64,000 nucleotides of DNA from Clostridium sp. CAG:221. Lineage in GTDB: Bacteria; Bacillota; Clostridia; Clostridiales; Clostridiaceae. Below the pieces are notes generated by a model that did not search any database, had not been told where the DNA came from, and saw only the letters and a program-made list of their open reading frames with translations. The position numbers and the translations under genes were made by a program. The stretch lies in the NCBI RefSeq assembly GCF_000435835.1, contig NZ_FR883429.1; one strand, written 5' to 3'. This document shows positions 18,777 through 28,808 of this stretch, one piece after another; position 1 is the stretch's first letter; every line of letters begins with the position of its first letter.

Positions 18777-20114
18777 CTATGCTAATAAGTTAACATTAGA
18801 AATTTCTTCTGAAATTTCTTCATTTTCTTCTTTATGTATATTTATAGAATCATTATCTTCTACAAAATAATTTTCTTTATTTCTTTCATCATTAAATTCA
18901 TTACTAAAACCTTGTCCACTATAATAAGTAGTATCTTCATATAAGCCAATATTTACTTCTTTAATAATTAAACTTTCATTGCTTAAATGCTTTTTAATTT
19001 CTTCCATATTAGAATTTAACAATGTATATGTTTCTTTAGATGTTGATTTAATATCTGCCTTCATTATTCCATCTTCAGATATTATCTTTATGGTTATTTC
19101 ACCTAACTCCTTAGGATATATCTTTACAGTAAGTTGCTCCACTTGATTTTTAACCATATACTTAACATTAGAAACCACATCAGTAGCTACTGTTTCTCTT
19201 GAAACTGCCACAGGTTTCACCTCTGATATTAGACTTGAAGCAACATCATTTTTACTATTTAAAACTTCTGTAAATATAGGTGTGTCTTCAACTATGTAAT
19301 CTTCAACTTTATTTATGTCTTCATCCATTGTCATAAGCTTGGCTAAAATATCTTCTTCACCTTTTTGCTCACCATTAGATTTATCTATATTAAATACCAT
19401 CTTTAACATTTCAACACCTTGTGAAGTATCCTTTTTGCTTTCGCCTTTAGAACTATCCACAACTTCTATAAATTTATCCTTTTTAATTTCATTGCCATCT
19501 TTATCGCACAAAACAGTTAATATTTTATCTATATTATCTGTTGTAACAACTTTATCTTCTTCTAAATTTAAAGTTTTAACAATTTCTTTAATAGGCAAAT
19601 TGATTATATTAGATGATGTTTCTTCATTTAAATCTATATTTTCTAACACATTAGAGTTATTGTTATTTATTAGCTCTGATGAAATATTTAAATCAGCAAT
19701 TTCACTTAAATAATTTATATTTTTTAAAGTATTGATACAATCTAAACTAGAAGTATTGCCAGATTCTAAATAAATTTTTATAGGTAAATTACTATTATCA
19801 ATAACTGGAATATTTAATGCTTGAAGTAATACCATTACTTCTTCAATTATTTCCTCCTTAGTTCCATTTTCAATTTTTTCAATAACTTCAGTTTTATCTA
19901 TAGCTTCATTTATATCTTTAGATACATTTTCAACAGTTGTTTTGTTATCTTCTGTAGTTTTAGAAAGAGAATATTCCTTAGAACTCATCACTGATTTAAA
20001 ATTACCATTACTGCTTTTATTTTCAGTTTTAACTGAATTATCACCATTAACATTACTGTTATTATCAACTTTTCCAATATTGGCTATTACAGCATTTAAA
20101 TTACCTAAATCCAT
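18777..20114 (-). CDS. fliK: Hook-length control protein FliK
   Basis: Low-complexity N-terminus; C-terminal LTVKIYPKELGEITIKI domain. Confidence 0.85.
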   Translation of the reverse strand: MDLGNLNAVIANIGKVDNNSNVNGDNSVKTENKSSNGNFKSVMSSKEYSLSKTTEDNKTTVENVSKDINEAIDKTEVIEKIENGTKEEIIEEVMVLLQALNIPVIDNSNLPIKIYLESGNTSSLDCINTLKNINYLSEIADLNISSELINNNNSNVLENIDLNEETSSNIINLPIKEIVKTLNLEEDKVVTTDNIDKILTVLCDKDGNEIKKDKFIEVVDSSKGESKKDTSQGVEMLKMVFNIDKSNGEQKGEEDILAKLMTMDEDINKVEDYIVEDTPIFTEVLNSKNDVASSLISEVKPVAVSRETVATDVVSNVKYMVKNQVEQLTVKIYPKELGEITIKIISEDGIMKADIKSTSKETYTLLNSNMEEIKKHLSNESLIIKEVNIGLYEDTTYYSGQGFSNEFNDERNKENYFVEDNDSINIHKEENEEISEEISNVNLLA

Positions 20115-20562
20115 GTTCTTTCACCTCCTTTCCAATCTTTCTCATATGAGCATATAGTGCAAATTCATCATTGGCTATTTCTTCTTTTCTTTTTTCATCT
20201 GCCATAAACTGATTAAATCTCTTTTCTCTTAATATATCTACAGTTTTTCTTTCAATTTGCCTAACCTTTAATTGCTCTCTTCTATAATCTACTTCTTTTT
20301 GTTTTTTCTCTATTTCTATTTCAGTTTGTTCAATACCTTTATTTAAAGCTATTAAATAATTTTTCTTTAATTTTTGATATATAACAGTTTCTCCTGCTGC
20401 AATTCCATTATATTGTTTATACTTATCATTAAGATCATTTAACTTATTAATGGACTTTTGCAGTTCCTGCTGACTATTATTAAAAAGCTTCTTACCTTCT
20501 TCTTCTCTTGTTTTTCTCATTTCTAACAATTTCTCAAGAGAAAATTTAAATCCATTTGCCAA
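20101..20562 (-). CDS. fliJ: Export chaperone FliJ
   Basis: FKFSLEKLLEMR, coiled coil, follows fliI. Confidence 0.9.
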   Translation of the reverse strand: MANGFKFSLEKLLEMRKTREEEGKKLFNNSQQELQKSINKLNDLNDKYKQYNGIAAGETVIYQKLKKNYLIALNKGIEQTEIEIEKKQKEVDYRREQLKVRQIERKTVDILREKRFNQFMADEKRKEEIANDEFALYAHMRKIGKEVKEHGFR

Positions 20563-20583
20563 AATTAATCTCTCCTAAAATTA

Positions 20584-21891
20584 TCATCCAAATATAGCAA
20601 ATAAATTATTTAAATTATCTGCAAAAGTTGTTTTTTCATCAATTCCTTGCTTTAAATAAGCATTAATACTATCATTAAATTGAATAGCCAAATCTATCTT
20701 TTTACTGGAGCCCTTAACATACGCTCCTAAATTTATAAGGTCTTCTGATTCCTTATAAGTAGCAAGTAAGTCTCTTGCTTGCGATGATACTGCTTTATGC
20801 TTATCATCAGCTATTTGAGACATTAATCTACTTACACTATTTAATACATCAATGGCTGGGTAATGATTCTTGTGAGCCAATGCTCTTGACAGAACTATAT
20901 GACCATCAAGTATACCTCTTACTGTATCTGCAATAGGCTCATTAAAGTCATCACCATCAACTAGTACCGTATAAAAACCTGTTATGGAACCAACATCTGA
21001 TGTACCAGCTCTTTCTAAAAGCTTTGGTAACTTAGCAAAAACTGACGGTGTATACCCCTTTTGTGCTGGTGGCTCTCCAATGGCAAGTCCAATTTCTCTT
21101 TGCGCCATGGCAAATCTTGTTACAGAATCCATCATAAGAATAACTTTCTTACCTTTATCTCTAAAGTATTCTGCTATGGCAGTGGCTGTTAATGCACCTT
21201 TAACTCTTTCTAAGGCTGATTTATCAGAAGTAGCACAAACTACCACTGATTTTTTCATCCCTTCCGGTCCCAAGTCTTTTTCAATAAACTCAAGAACCTC
21301 ACGGCCTCTTTCCCCAATTAGACATATAACATTAACATCTGCCTCTGCTTCTCTTGCAATCATTCCTAATGTTGTACTCTTACCTACTCCTGAACCTGCA
21401 AAAATACCTATTCTTTGTCCATCACCACAAGTTAGAAAACCATCAATAGCTCTTACTCCTGTAGGTAGTATATCCTTTATTCTTTTTCTTTTTAATGGAT
21501 CTGGTGGTTGATTTTCTAAAGGATATGGTGTTCCAGTTAAAAGTTCTCCACCATATATTGGTTTACCTAAACCATCTAATACCATTCCCATTAAATCATC
21601 AGAACACTGTACTTCAAGAGGTCTTCTTTCAGGAACAACTATACATCCTGGAGATATACCTACAAGTTCACCTAAAGGCATTAATATGACTTTGTTATTT
21701 TTAAACCCTACCACTTCACAACTTACAGGATTATTATAAACATTATATATAGTGCAAACTTCCCCAACAAAAGCTTTTATTCCCTGCACTTCAATGGTAA
21801 GACCTATAACTTCACTTACTATGCCTTCACAGTAAGTAGTATCTATTTCATTAACTCTTTTCCTAATTAAATTAAAATCTATATTAAGCAT
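20584..21891 (-). CDS. fliI: Flagellar export ATPase FliI; start probably ATG 21891
   Basis: GIFAGSGVGKST, LIGERGREV, MDSVTRFAMAQRE. Confidence 0.97.
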   Translation of the reverse strand: MLNIDFNLIRKRVNEIDTTYCEGIVSEVIGLTIEVQGIKAFVGEVCTIYNVYNNPVSCEVVGFKNNKVILMPLGELVGISPGCIVVPERRPLEVQCSDDLMGMVLDGLGKPIYGGELLTGTPYPLENQPPDPLKRKRIKDILPTGVRAIDGFLTCGDGQRIGIFAGSGVGKSTTLGMIAREAEADVNVICLIGERGREVLEFIEKDLGPEGMKKSVVVCATSDKSALERVKGALTATAIAEYFRDKGKKVILMMDSVTRFAMAQREIGLAIGEPPAQKGYTPSVFAKLPKLLERAGTSDVGSITGFYTVLVDGDDFNEPIADTVRGILDGHIVLSRALAHKNHYPAIDVLNSVSRLMSQIADDKHKAVSSQARDLLATYKESEDLINLGAYVKGSSKKIDLAIQFNDSINAYLKQGIDEKTTFADNLNNLFAIFG

Positions 21892-22645
21892 CTTCTTCAC
21901 CACAAAATTCCTTTATAGATTCTTCTAATTTTTCTAAGCTAACATCTAAACCAACTACAACTTTACCTGTACTTTTTTCCAAAACTGCATTTCCAAGTTC
22001 CATTAATGGATCTTCAAGAACTAGTATTTCCCCAGAAATAGCATATGACTTTTTCCACTCATTCACTTTAGACTCAATGGCCACAATATAGTTTCCATTA
22101 CATTTTATAACTATATTTTCTTCACCTCTAAATTGCTCCAGTACAGGATTAATTAAGCTTATAACACTTTCATCATTTTCAAAATTTTTATTTGTTATAA
22201 TCTTTGCCATTTCCAATGAAAGTTTCACTATTTCCTTCTCTTTTTTTATTTTATAATCTTCCACTTGCTTTTCAGCACTTAATAAAATTTCTCTAGCTTT
22301 TTTTACAGCTTCTTCTATGATACTTTTAGCTTCTTCCTTTGATTCTGCATATCCCTGCTTATTGCCATCTTCATATCCATTATTTACACCTTGAGAATAT
22401 CCTTTTTCATAAGCTTCTTTTTCAATATTTTTTGAATATTGAAAAGCTTCCATAATAATATGATCAGAATCTTTTCTTGCCTTATCTAATATACTTGCGC
22501 CAATGACTTCATAGCTTTTAATTTGACTATTTTCAATTTCTTGAAAATGTTGCTCTTCTTCAGTAACAACACATTCTGTTACTATTTCAATATCACCTTT
22601 AACAGATGTATTACTAGATTTTATAAGATTACATGATGAGTGCAT
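21884..22645 (-). CDS. fliH: Flagellar assembly protein FliH; start probably ATG 22645
   Basis: AYEKGYSQGVNNGYEDG GxxxG repeats; between fliG and fliI. Confidence 0.88.
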   Translation of the reverse strand: MHSSCNLIKSSNTSVKGDIEIVTECVVTEEEQHFQEIENSQIKSYEVIGASILDKARKDSDHIIMEAFQYSKNIEKEAYEKGYSQGVNNGYEDGNKQGYAESKEEAKSIIEEAVKKAREILLSAEKQVEDYKIKKEKEIVKLSLEMAKIITNKNFENDESVISLINPVLEQFRGEENIVIKCNGNYIVAIESKVNEWKKSYAISGEILVLEDPLMELGNAVLEKSTGKVVVGLDVSLEKLEESIKEFCGEEDA

Positions 22646-23639
22646 CTTCTCCACCTCTTGAAATAATTATTTCTTGTGCATCTTCTAATCTTCTAATAAC
22701 AGCTACAATTTGTTGTTGTGCTTTTTCAACATCAGTTAACCTTACTGGTCCTAAGTATTCAATATCCTCTTTTAATGAAGCTGCTGCTCTCTTAGATTGA
22801 TTTTTATAAATAACATTTGCCACTTCTTCTGAAGCTCCCTTAAGAGCAAGAGCAAGCTCTTTAGTTTCAACATCTCTAAGAATTCTTTGAATTGCCACAT
22901 CATCAAGAGTAAGAATATCTTCAAATACAAACATACAGCTTTTGATTTTCTCTGCAAGCTCATAATCTTGTTCTTGTAAGCTTTCAGTTATATTCTTTTC
23001 AGTTGTTCTATCAACTTGATTTAATATACCTACTAAAGTATCTATTCCACCTAATACTGTAGTTTCAGTTTTAACAATAGTAGATAACTTATCATCTAAT
23101 ACTTTTTCTATTTCTCTAATAACATCTGGTGATGTAGTATTCATAGTAGCTATTCTTAAAGCTACTTCACTTTGAATTTCCTCAGGTAGCTCAGCAATTA
23201 TCTGAGCTGCCTTTTCCACTTGTAAATAGCAAAGTATTAATGCAATGGTTTGAGGATGTTCATAATTAATGATATTAAGTATTTGCTGAGCATCTGCCTT
23301 TCTTGCTATGGCAAAAGGTCTATTAAGTTGTGATGCTTCTGCTACCTTGTTTAATATTTCCCCTGCTCTTTGTGGTCCTAAAGCTTTAGATAGTAATTCT
23401 TTAGCATAGTCAAGTCCACCTTCTAGAAGATAATCTTTAGCCTTATTCATTTCTAAAAACTCTTGTAATATGCTATGTCTTTGCTCTGATGTAACAGTTG
23501 AAATATTTGCTATTTCATAAGTTATCTTTTGTATTTCAGTTTCAGGTAATCTTTTTAAAATATCTGCTGATGCTTCTGGCCCTAAAGTAATAAATAATAG
23601 AGCTGACTTTTGAATACCTGTTAATTGTTTTTTCGCCAT
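22629..23639 (-). CDS. fliG: Motor switch protein FliG
   Basis: GGLDYAKELL, EHPQTIAL, MFVFED, GPVRLTDVE. Confidence 0.97.
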   Translation of the reverse strand: MAKKQLTGIQKSALLFITLGPEASADILKRLPETEIQKITYEIANISTVTSEQRHSILQEFLEMNKAKDYLLEGGLDYAKELLSKALGPQRAGEILNKVAEASQLNRPFAIARKADAQQILNIINYEHPQTIALILCYLQVEKAAQIIAELPEEIQSEVALRIATMNTTSPDVIREIEKVLDDKLSTIVKTETTVLGGIDTLVGILNQVDRTTEKNITESLQEQDYELAEKIKSCMFVFEDILTLDDVAIQRILRDVETKELALALKGASEEVANVIYKNQSKRAAASLKEDIEYLGPVRLTDVEKAQQQIVAVIRRLEDAQEIIISRGGEDALIM

Positions 23640-23643
23640 TTAT

Positions 23644-25224
23644 CTATCTCTCACTTTCTACTAACCAAGTTTTAACTATATCAGCTACCTGTTGTGGCTT
23701 TTCTGCTGCATATTTCTTAATTTCATTTTCAATATGTATATTTTGATTTGGAACTTCAAACTCTATAGGTTTTAATTCTTCTTCCTCTACTTTTGAAATC
23801 TTATCTTCTATAACTATATCCAGTAGATTTCCTTCTTCTTCTGTAACTACTTCTTTATTAACCTTTTTCTTTTTACTTCTTAACACAATAAATACTATTA
23901 ATAAAATAGCACCTACTACTCCTGCAATAATCATATAAATCATATTGTTATTATTTGCTTCTGGCTCTGCAAATGGATCAGTAATATTTCCTGTATCTTT
24001 AGTGTTAAATGTAATTCCTGCTACACTAACTGTATCTCCTCTTTCAGCATTTAACCCTACTGCTGCTGACACAGATTGTTCAATGGCAGTTCTTAATGCA
24101 TCATTGATTTCTCCATCAACTATTACTGATGCACTTAATGATTTAACTTCACCTGGAGCTTTAATTTTTATTGTTTCAGTTTTTCCAACTTCATAATTAG
24201 TTGTTTGTTCTTCAGTTGTACTCTTTGTGTTTTTATCATTGGTAACTATTGTATTTCCCATATTTTCATCAATTACACTTCCACTACCACTTGCATTATC
24301 ATTACCTTCTGATGAATTACTCTCACTTTTTGAAGTCTTTTGACTGATTATTACTTTATTAGGATCCACCACTGTTTCTGTAACCTTTGTTGAATCAAAA
24401 TCTAAATCAGCACTTACCATTACTTTAACTTTTCCATTTCCTAATACCGGTGTTAACAGTTCTAAAATTGATTTTTGTAATTGAGCTTCATACTTCTTTT
24501 CTAACTCTAATTGAGTTGCAATGGAAGTAGAAGTTACATTTTGATCACTATTTTCATCTAATTTAAAGCTTGAATCTTCTGATAAAAGATTCATATTGCT
24601 ATCCATTACTTGAATATTATCTTTAGATATGGCTGTACTTCCTGAAACTAAAGCCACTATTGATTTAACTTGCTCTTGTGATAAAGTTTTTCCTGCTACC
24701 AACTTAACATATACTGCTGCACTTCCTGGTTCTTTTTCATCGGCAAATACCGAATTTGTAGGAAGAGTAATATGTACTCTTGCATCACTTATTTGTTCAA
24801 AACTCTTTATGGTTTTTTCTAATTCACCTTGTTGCATTCTAAGCTTTTTAATTTGAAATTCTTCTTCAGTCATACCAAAAGAGCTTCCTGAGTCCATTAG
24901 TTCATAGCCTGTACTTCCCATAGTTAAATTAGAAGCTAATTGTAATCTAAGCTTATCTACTACAGATTTATCTACTAAAATTGAATCACCTTCAACTTTA
25001 AAATCTACACCTTGCTCCTCCAATGCACTTAAAACTGTTTTTGAATCTGCTGAGTCTAAACCTGAAAATAAAACAGAATATTTATTGGAAGATTGATAAA
25101 AAAACAATGATGAAATAGCTATGATAAGTGTTATAGCAGATATAATTGATGCTATCTTTACACCTTTGCTTAAATTTTTAAATTTTTCTAAAAGCTTTTT
25201 AAAAACTTCTAAAAACTTGTCCAT
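23644..25224 (-). CDS. fliF: MS-ring protein FliF
   Basis: GYELMD..FGMTE, GELEKTI, ARVHI; two TM segments. Confidence 0.95.
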   Translation of the reverse strand: MDKFLEVFKKLLEKFKNLSKGVKIASIISAITLIIAISSLFFYQSSNKYSVLFSGLDSADSKTVLSALEEQGVDFKVEGDSILVDKSVVDKLRLQLASNLTMGSTGYELMDSGSSFGMTEEEFQIKKLRMQQGELEKTIKSFEQISDARVHITLPTNSVFADEKEPGSAAVYVKLVAGKTLSQEQVKSIVALVSGSTAISKDNIQVMDSNMNLLSEDSSFKLDENSDQNVTSTSIATQLELEKKYEAQLQKSILELLTPVLGNGKVKVMVSADLDFDSTKVTETVVDPNKVIISQKTSKSESNSSEGNDNASGSGSVIDENMGNTIVTNDKNTKSTTEEQTTNYEVGKTETIKIKAPGEVKSLSASVIVDGEINDALRTAIEQSVSAAVGLNAERGDTVSVAGITFNTKDTGNITDPFAEPEANNNNMIYMIIAGVVGAILLIVFIVLRSKKKKVNKEVVTEEEGNLLDIVIEDKISKVEEEELKPIEFEVPNQNIHIENEIKKYAAEKPQQVADIVKTWLVESER

Positions 25225-25240
25225 GCTTAAGCACTCCTAA

Positions 25241-25531
25241 CTATATTTGTAAATTTGTTAATTCTTTAATTGCTTCTGTTAATTTATTTCTAACTTGAAC
25301 TGCTGTTTGTAATGCCAATGAAGCTTCTTCTGCCGCCAGCATTACTTCATGAATTTCCACATCTTCACCTAAAACAAGTTTATTTGTCATTTCATCAGAA
25401 TAAACTTGTTTATCATTGACCGCTTGTAATGCACTTTTAAATACTTGTCCAAATCCATCCTTATTTTCATCTTCTATTGCTATTCTTTTTTCAAATATTT
25501 TTTCACTGGGTGTAAAATTGTCTATCTTCAT
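25241..25531 (-). CDS. fliE: Basal-body protein FliE
   Basis: HEVMLAAEEASLALQTAVQVRNK. Confidence 0.93.
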   Translation of the reverse strand: MKIDNFTPSEKIFEKRIAIEDENKDGFGQVFKSALQAVNDKQVYSDEMTNKLVLGEDVEIHEVMLAAEEASLALQTAVQVRNKLTEAIKELTNLQI

Positions 25532-25544
25532 TTGTTATATCCTC

Positions 25545-25949
25545 CTATTTTCCTATAGATAATGCTGTAGTAAACATTGATTTAGATGCACTTAATGCAT
25601 CAGCATTAGCTTCATATGTTCTAGTAGCAACTATCATATCTGCCATTTCATTTAATATGTTCACATTAGGCATAGTTACATATCCGTCTTCATCAGCGTC
25701 CACATGAGTAGGATCGTACACCCTTTCCAGCTCTGATTCATCATTTACTATTCCCACTGCTGATATACCTTTGCATCTTCCTGCTTCATCTAATGCTTCC
25801 TTAAAAACAGCTACCTTTCTCACATATGGTCCACCATTTTCTGTTCTTGTTGTTTGAGCATTTGCCACATTAGAGCTTATAGTATCCATTCTTAATCTTT
25901 CTGCTGATAATCCACTGGCGCTAATTCTCATTGAATCAAACATTCCCAT
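25545..25949 (-). CDS. flgC: Rod protein FlgC; start ATG 25949
   Basis: [31 protein letters not shown]. Confidence 0.95.
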   Translation of the reverse strand: MGMFDSMRISASGLSAERLRMDTISSNVANAQTTRTENGGPYVRKVAVFKEALDEAGRCKGISAVGIVNDESELERVYDPTHVDADEDGYVTMPNVNILNEMADMIVATRTYEANADALSASKSMFTTALSIGK

Positions 25950-25950
25950 T

Positions 25951-26328
25951 TTAATTTCCTCCAATCACAGTTTTCATTGATGCTAACTTTCCACTGGCAC
26001 GTGATGTTAATGCTTGATACATTAAAGTATTTGCTGCTTGATTTACCTTTTCTAAATCTAAGTTAACATTGTTTCCATTTTCATTCATACTTGTCTCTTT
26101 GTCTCTAACAGTAGTGATACTTCCTGGTTTTTCCTTTTGAATATGTTTTTCATTGGTTGCCTTCATATTAAAACCAGAATCTTTATATTTTTCTTCAAAA
26201 ACAACTTTAAAAGCCTTATATCCACTGGTGTTAACATTTGCTATATTATTGGCTATAGTTTCACTTCTTACAGCAGCGGCATTTAATCCTCGCTTTATTA
26301 AGTCATATGTATTTAAACTATTAGACAA
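25951..26328 (-). CDS. flgB: Rod protein FlgB
   Basis: [27 protein letters not shown] start with GGAGG SD. Confidence 0.93.
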   Translation of the reverse strand: MSNSLNTYDLIKRGLNAAAVRSETIANNIANVNTSGYKAFKVVFEEKYKDSGFNMKATNEKHIQKEKPGSITTVRDKETSMNENGNNVNLDLEKVNQAANTLMYQALTSRASGKLASMKTVIGGN

Positions 26329-26353
26329 TTAATTTCCCTCCAAACTCTATAAA

Positions 26354-26401
26354 TGTCGAAACTTTAGTTTTTATTATATTACATTTAACGAGTGTTTTCT
26401 A
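26354..26401 (-). promoter_or_regulatory. Sigma-A promoter of the flgB operon with a downstream Spo0A box
   Basis: TAGAAA-17nt-TATAAT (26401-26373); TGTCGAA at 26354-26360. Confidence 0.6.
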
Positions 26402-26589
26402 CATGATTTTTAAAATAATTTAATATATATTAGCATTTATAAAACTTTAAATTATTTTTTCTAATAATATTAAATAACATTGAATTTTCAAACTAAAAAA
26501 CATTTTCAGCTTTTAAATTCAAAATAAAATTTTTATAATTTTTTCCAATTTTATTCCATTATTTACTTCTATTTACTTAATAAAAATAA

Positions 26590-26631
26590 AAAAAGAACTA
26601 AAATGAATTTTAACCACATTTTAGTTCTTTT
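26590..26631 (-). terminator. Terminator after the short flagellin
   Basis: aaaagaactaaaatg / cattttagttctttt with U-tract on the minus strand. Confidence 0.75.
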
Positions 26632-26647
26632 AAATTTTTTTTAAATA

Positions 26648-27487
26648 TTATCTTCTTAAATTTGCTAATATATTTAACATATCCTTAGGGAAATTATTGC
26701 TTTGAGCCATCATTGCTGTGGCTGATTCCATCAATATAGATGTTCTTGCAATTTCCGCCATTTCCAGTGCAATATCAGCATCATTTATATCACTGCTAGA
26801 TTTTTCATATATATATGATGAACTAGAAGTAATTTCTATGGAATTTTCCAATCTATTTTGCACTGCTCCATATTTAGCTCTACACCCATTTACATTTTTT
26901 AAAGCTTCATCAATAGAATTTAAAGCTTTTGTGGCATCATTAACCACATCTAATTTATCAATACCTAAAGTTTCACTAGATACATTAAAGAATGGAATTC
27001 CAATGCTATCACCTACATTAGCACCTATTTGCATTTCCACATACTTTGGCTTGCTATTATCAGTTACATTACCATTAACTAAAAGCTTATTTCCATTAAA
27101 TTCAGTATTATTGGCTGTATCATCAATATAACTTTTCAACTGATCTATTTCACTTTGAATAATATTTCTATCAGCTTCATTAGTTGTTTCACTGGCAGCT
27201 TGAACAGTTAATTCCTTCATTCTAATTAAAGCTTCACTTATAGTACCCATGGTACTGTCTGCAACTTGAATCATAGATGAAGAATCTTGTAAATTCTTAT
27301 TAGCCATTTCTAAAGCTCTTATTTGCATTTTAAAATTTTCACTTTGCTCAATTTTAAGAGGATTATCTTTAGCAGAATTAATCTTCTTACCACTAGATAT
27401 TTTATTCATAGCAGCAGAATTATCAATAATATTTTTCTTATATCCACTATATATCCCTAAGGATTTCATATTTATATTAATTCTCAT
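26648..27487 (-). CDS. Short divergent flagellin (279 aa, essentially D0/D1 only)
   Basis: ISSGKKINSAKDNP, LIRMKELTVQA, YGAVQNRLE, INDADIALEM. Confidence 0.88.
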   Translation of the reverse strand: MRININMKSLGIYSGYKKNIIDNSAAMNKISSGKKINSAKDNPLKIEQSENFKMQIRALEMANKNLQDSSSMIQVADSTMGTISEALIRMKELTVQAASETTNEADRNIIQSEIDQLKSYIDDTANNTEFNGNKLLVNGNVTDNSKPKYVEMQIGANVGDSIGIPFFNVSSETLGIDKLDVVNDATKALNSIDEALKNVNGCRAKYGAVQNRLENSIEITSSSSYIYEKSSSDINDADIALEMAEIARTSILMESATAMMAQSNNFPKDMLNILANLRR

Positions 27488-27500
27488 GTCTTTCTCCTTG

Positions 27501-28703
27501 CTATCTCACTAAAATAGTCATATATGCTAAAGTATCATAACCTGCTTCTTTAATATCTTTATATATATTAGATAAAAATACAAGGTTATGCTCTATTTCT
27601 CTTGAAAACAAATAAAATACTTCCACAAAGTCTTCTTCATTAAGTTTTTTATTATTTTTATTATACCTTGATAAAAGAAGCATTTTCATCATGGCATAAG
27701 AAAGAATAATATTGTTAACTTCAGCATTTAAATCTTTTGTATACAATGATTTCATAAAATATTTATATATTAAATAAATCAATAAATTTTCAATTATATT
27801 TTCTTGTGCTTTTAAATATGTATTAAATTCTTTTTCTTTTTTTATTATCTTTTCTATGTTACCTTTAAAATCAATATCTTTATCAAATAATTCATTATAT
27901 TCTCTTAATAAATCGTTAAATTTTTTATTATTTGTACCTTCATTAGCTCTTACTTGCAGTGCACTTTGAATAAATTTAACTTTCACCTCTGGAATAAGCG
28001 ATATTTTATCCAAAGAATTAATTGCATTAATGTCTGTAATTTGATCTCTAAAATTACTTAATACTTCTTCATAATTATCATATTGTTTTTCATTTATTAT
28101 ATTTTGCACTTTATCAGTAAGCATTTTAAAGAAAGCTATTCGCTTCCAAATTTCAATTTCTTTAAATTGAATTATTTCCATAGCTAAACTACGAGTATCC
28201 CAAAGAATATTATATAATTTTTCATTATATTTATTATTAACAATATAATCTTTGTCTAAGTCACTAAGCTTTTCATTTTCTAAGTTAAAAGAAAAATTAT
28301 ATTTACTTTTAATAATATATCTAGCAACTTCAGGGCAAGATATACTTAAATTTCTTTCATATATTTCTCCATATTTCCTTATTTCCCTTGGGTAAACTCT
28401 ACATGTGTTACATAAATAATCTTCTCCTAAAGAACCATGTATTGTACATAAACCATCTTCACTTAATAATGAACATTTATTATTTTTTAAGTTTATTTTT
28501 CCATATTGCAAATAATTAGGGTTACTTCTTTTTCTACTAATATTACTATTTATTTTTTTACCCCATTCCCCTTTTAACTTTTTATACTTTTTATATGTTT
28601 TTTCATCTATATCAATTCTCCAATTACTACTACAACAATTATCTATACACTGTCCTCCAATGCATTTAAAATCATCATAATAAAAAGGTTTTAATACCCT
28701 CAT
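27501..28703 (-). CDS. fliB: Flagellin lysine-N-methylase FliB; start reassigned to ATG 28703
   Basis: FKCIGGQCIDNCC..W.IDID, CSLLSEDGLCTIH, TCRVYPR, LSISCPE; GGAGG SD. Confidence 0.9.
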   Translation of the reverse strand: MRVLKPFYYDDFKCIGGQCIDNCCSSNWRIDIDEKTYKKYKKLKGEWGKKINSNISRKRSNPNYLQYGKINLKNNKCSLLSEDGLCTIHGSLGEDYLCNTCRVYPREIRKYGEIYERNLSISCPEVARYIIKSKYNFSFNLENEKLSDLDKDYIVNNKYNEKLYNILWDTRSLAMEIIQFKEIEIWKRIAFFKMLTDKVQNIINEKQYDNYEEVLSNFRDQITDINAINSLDKISLIPEVKVKFIQSALQVRANEGTNNKKFNDLLREYNELFDKDIDFKGNIEKIIKKEKEFNTYLKAQENIIENLLIYLIYKYFMKSLYTKDLNAEVNNIILSYAMMKMLLLSRYNKNNKKLNEEDFVEVFYLFSREIEHNLVFLSNIYKDIKEAGYDTLAYMTILVR

Positions 28704-28734
28704 ATCTATCGCCTCCAAATTTATTATAATTAAT

Positions 28735-28761
28735 TTATCGAATATAAATACATTTTCTTTA
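28735..28761 (-). promoter_or_regulatory. Sigma-28 promoter for fliB and the short flagellin
   Basis: TAAA-N15-TTCGATAA. Confidence 0.7.
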
Positions 28762-28767
28762 TAGAAA

Positions 28768-28795
28768 AAAGAGTGAAGAAAAGTCTTCACCCTTT
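28768..28795 (-). terminator. Terminator after fliC
   Basis: aaagagtgaaga / tcttcacccttt with U-tract. Confidence 0.75.
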
Positions 28796-28808
28796 GATTA
28801 TTAATCTA

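Noticed and set aside
26329..26647. c-di-GMP riboswitch or invertible 'flagellar switch' upstream of flgB, as in C. difficile
   Set aside because: Predicted leader is only ~40 nt; no GEMM-like motif, no convincing flanking inverted repeats, no recombinase in the window.
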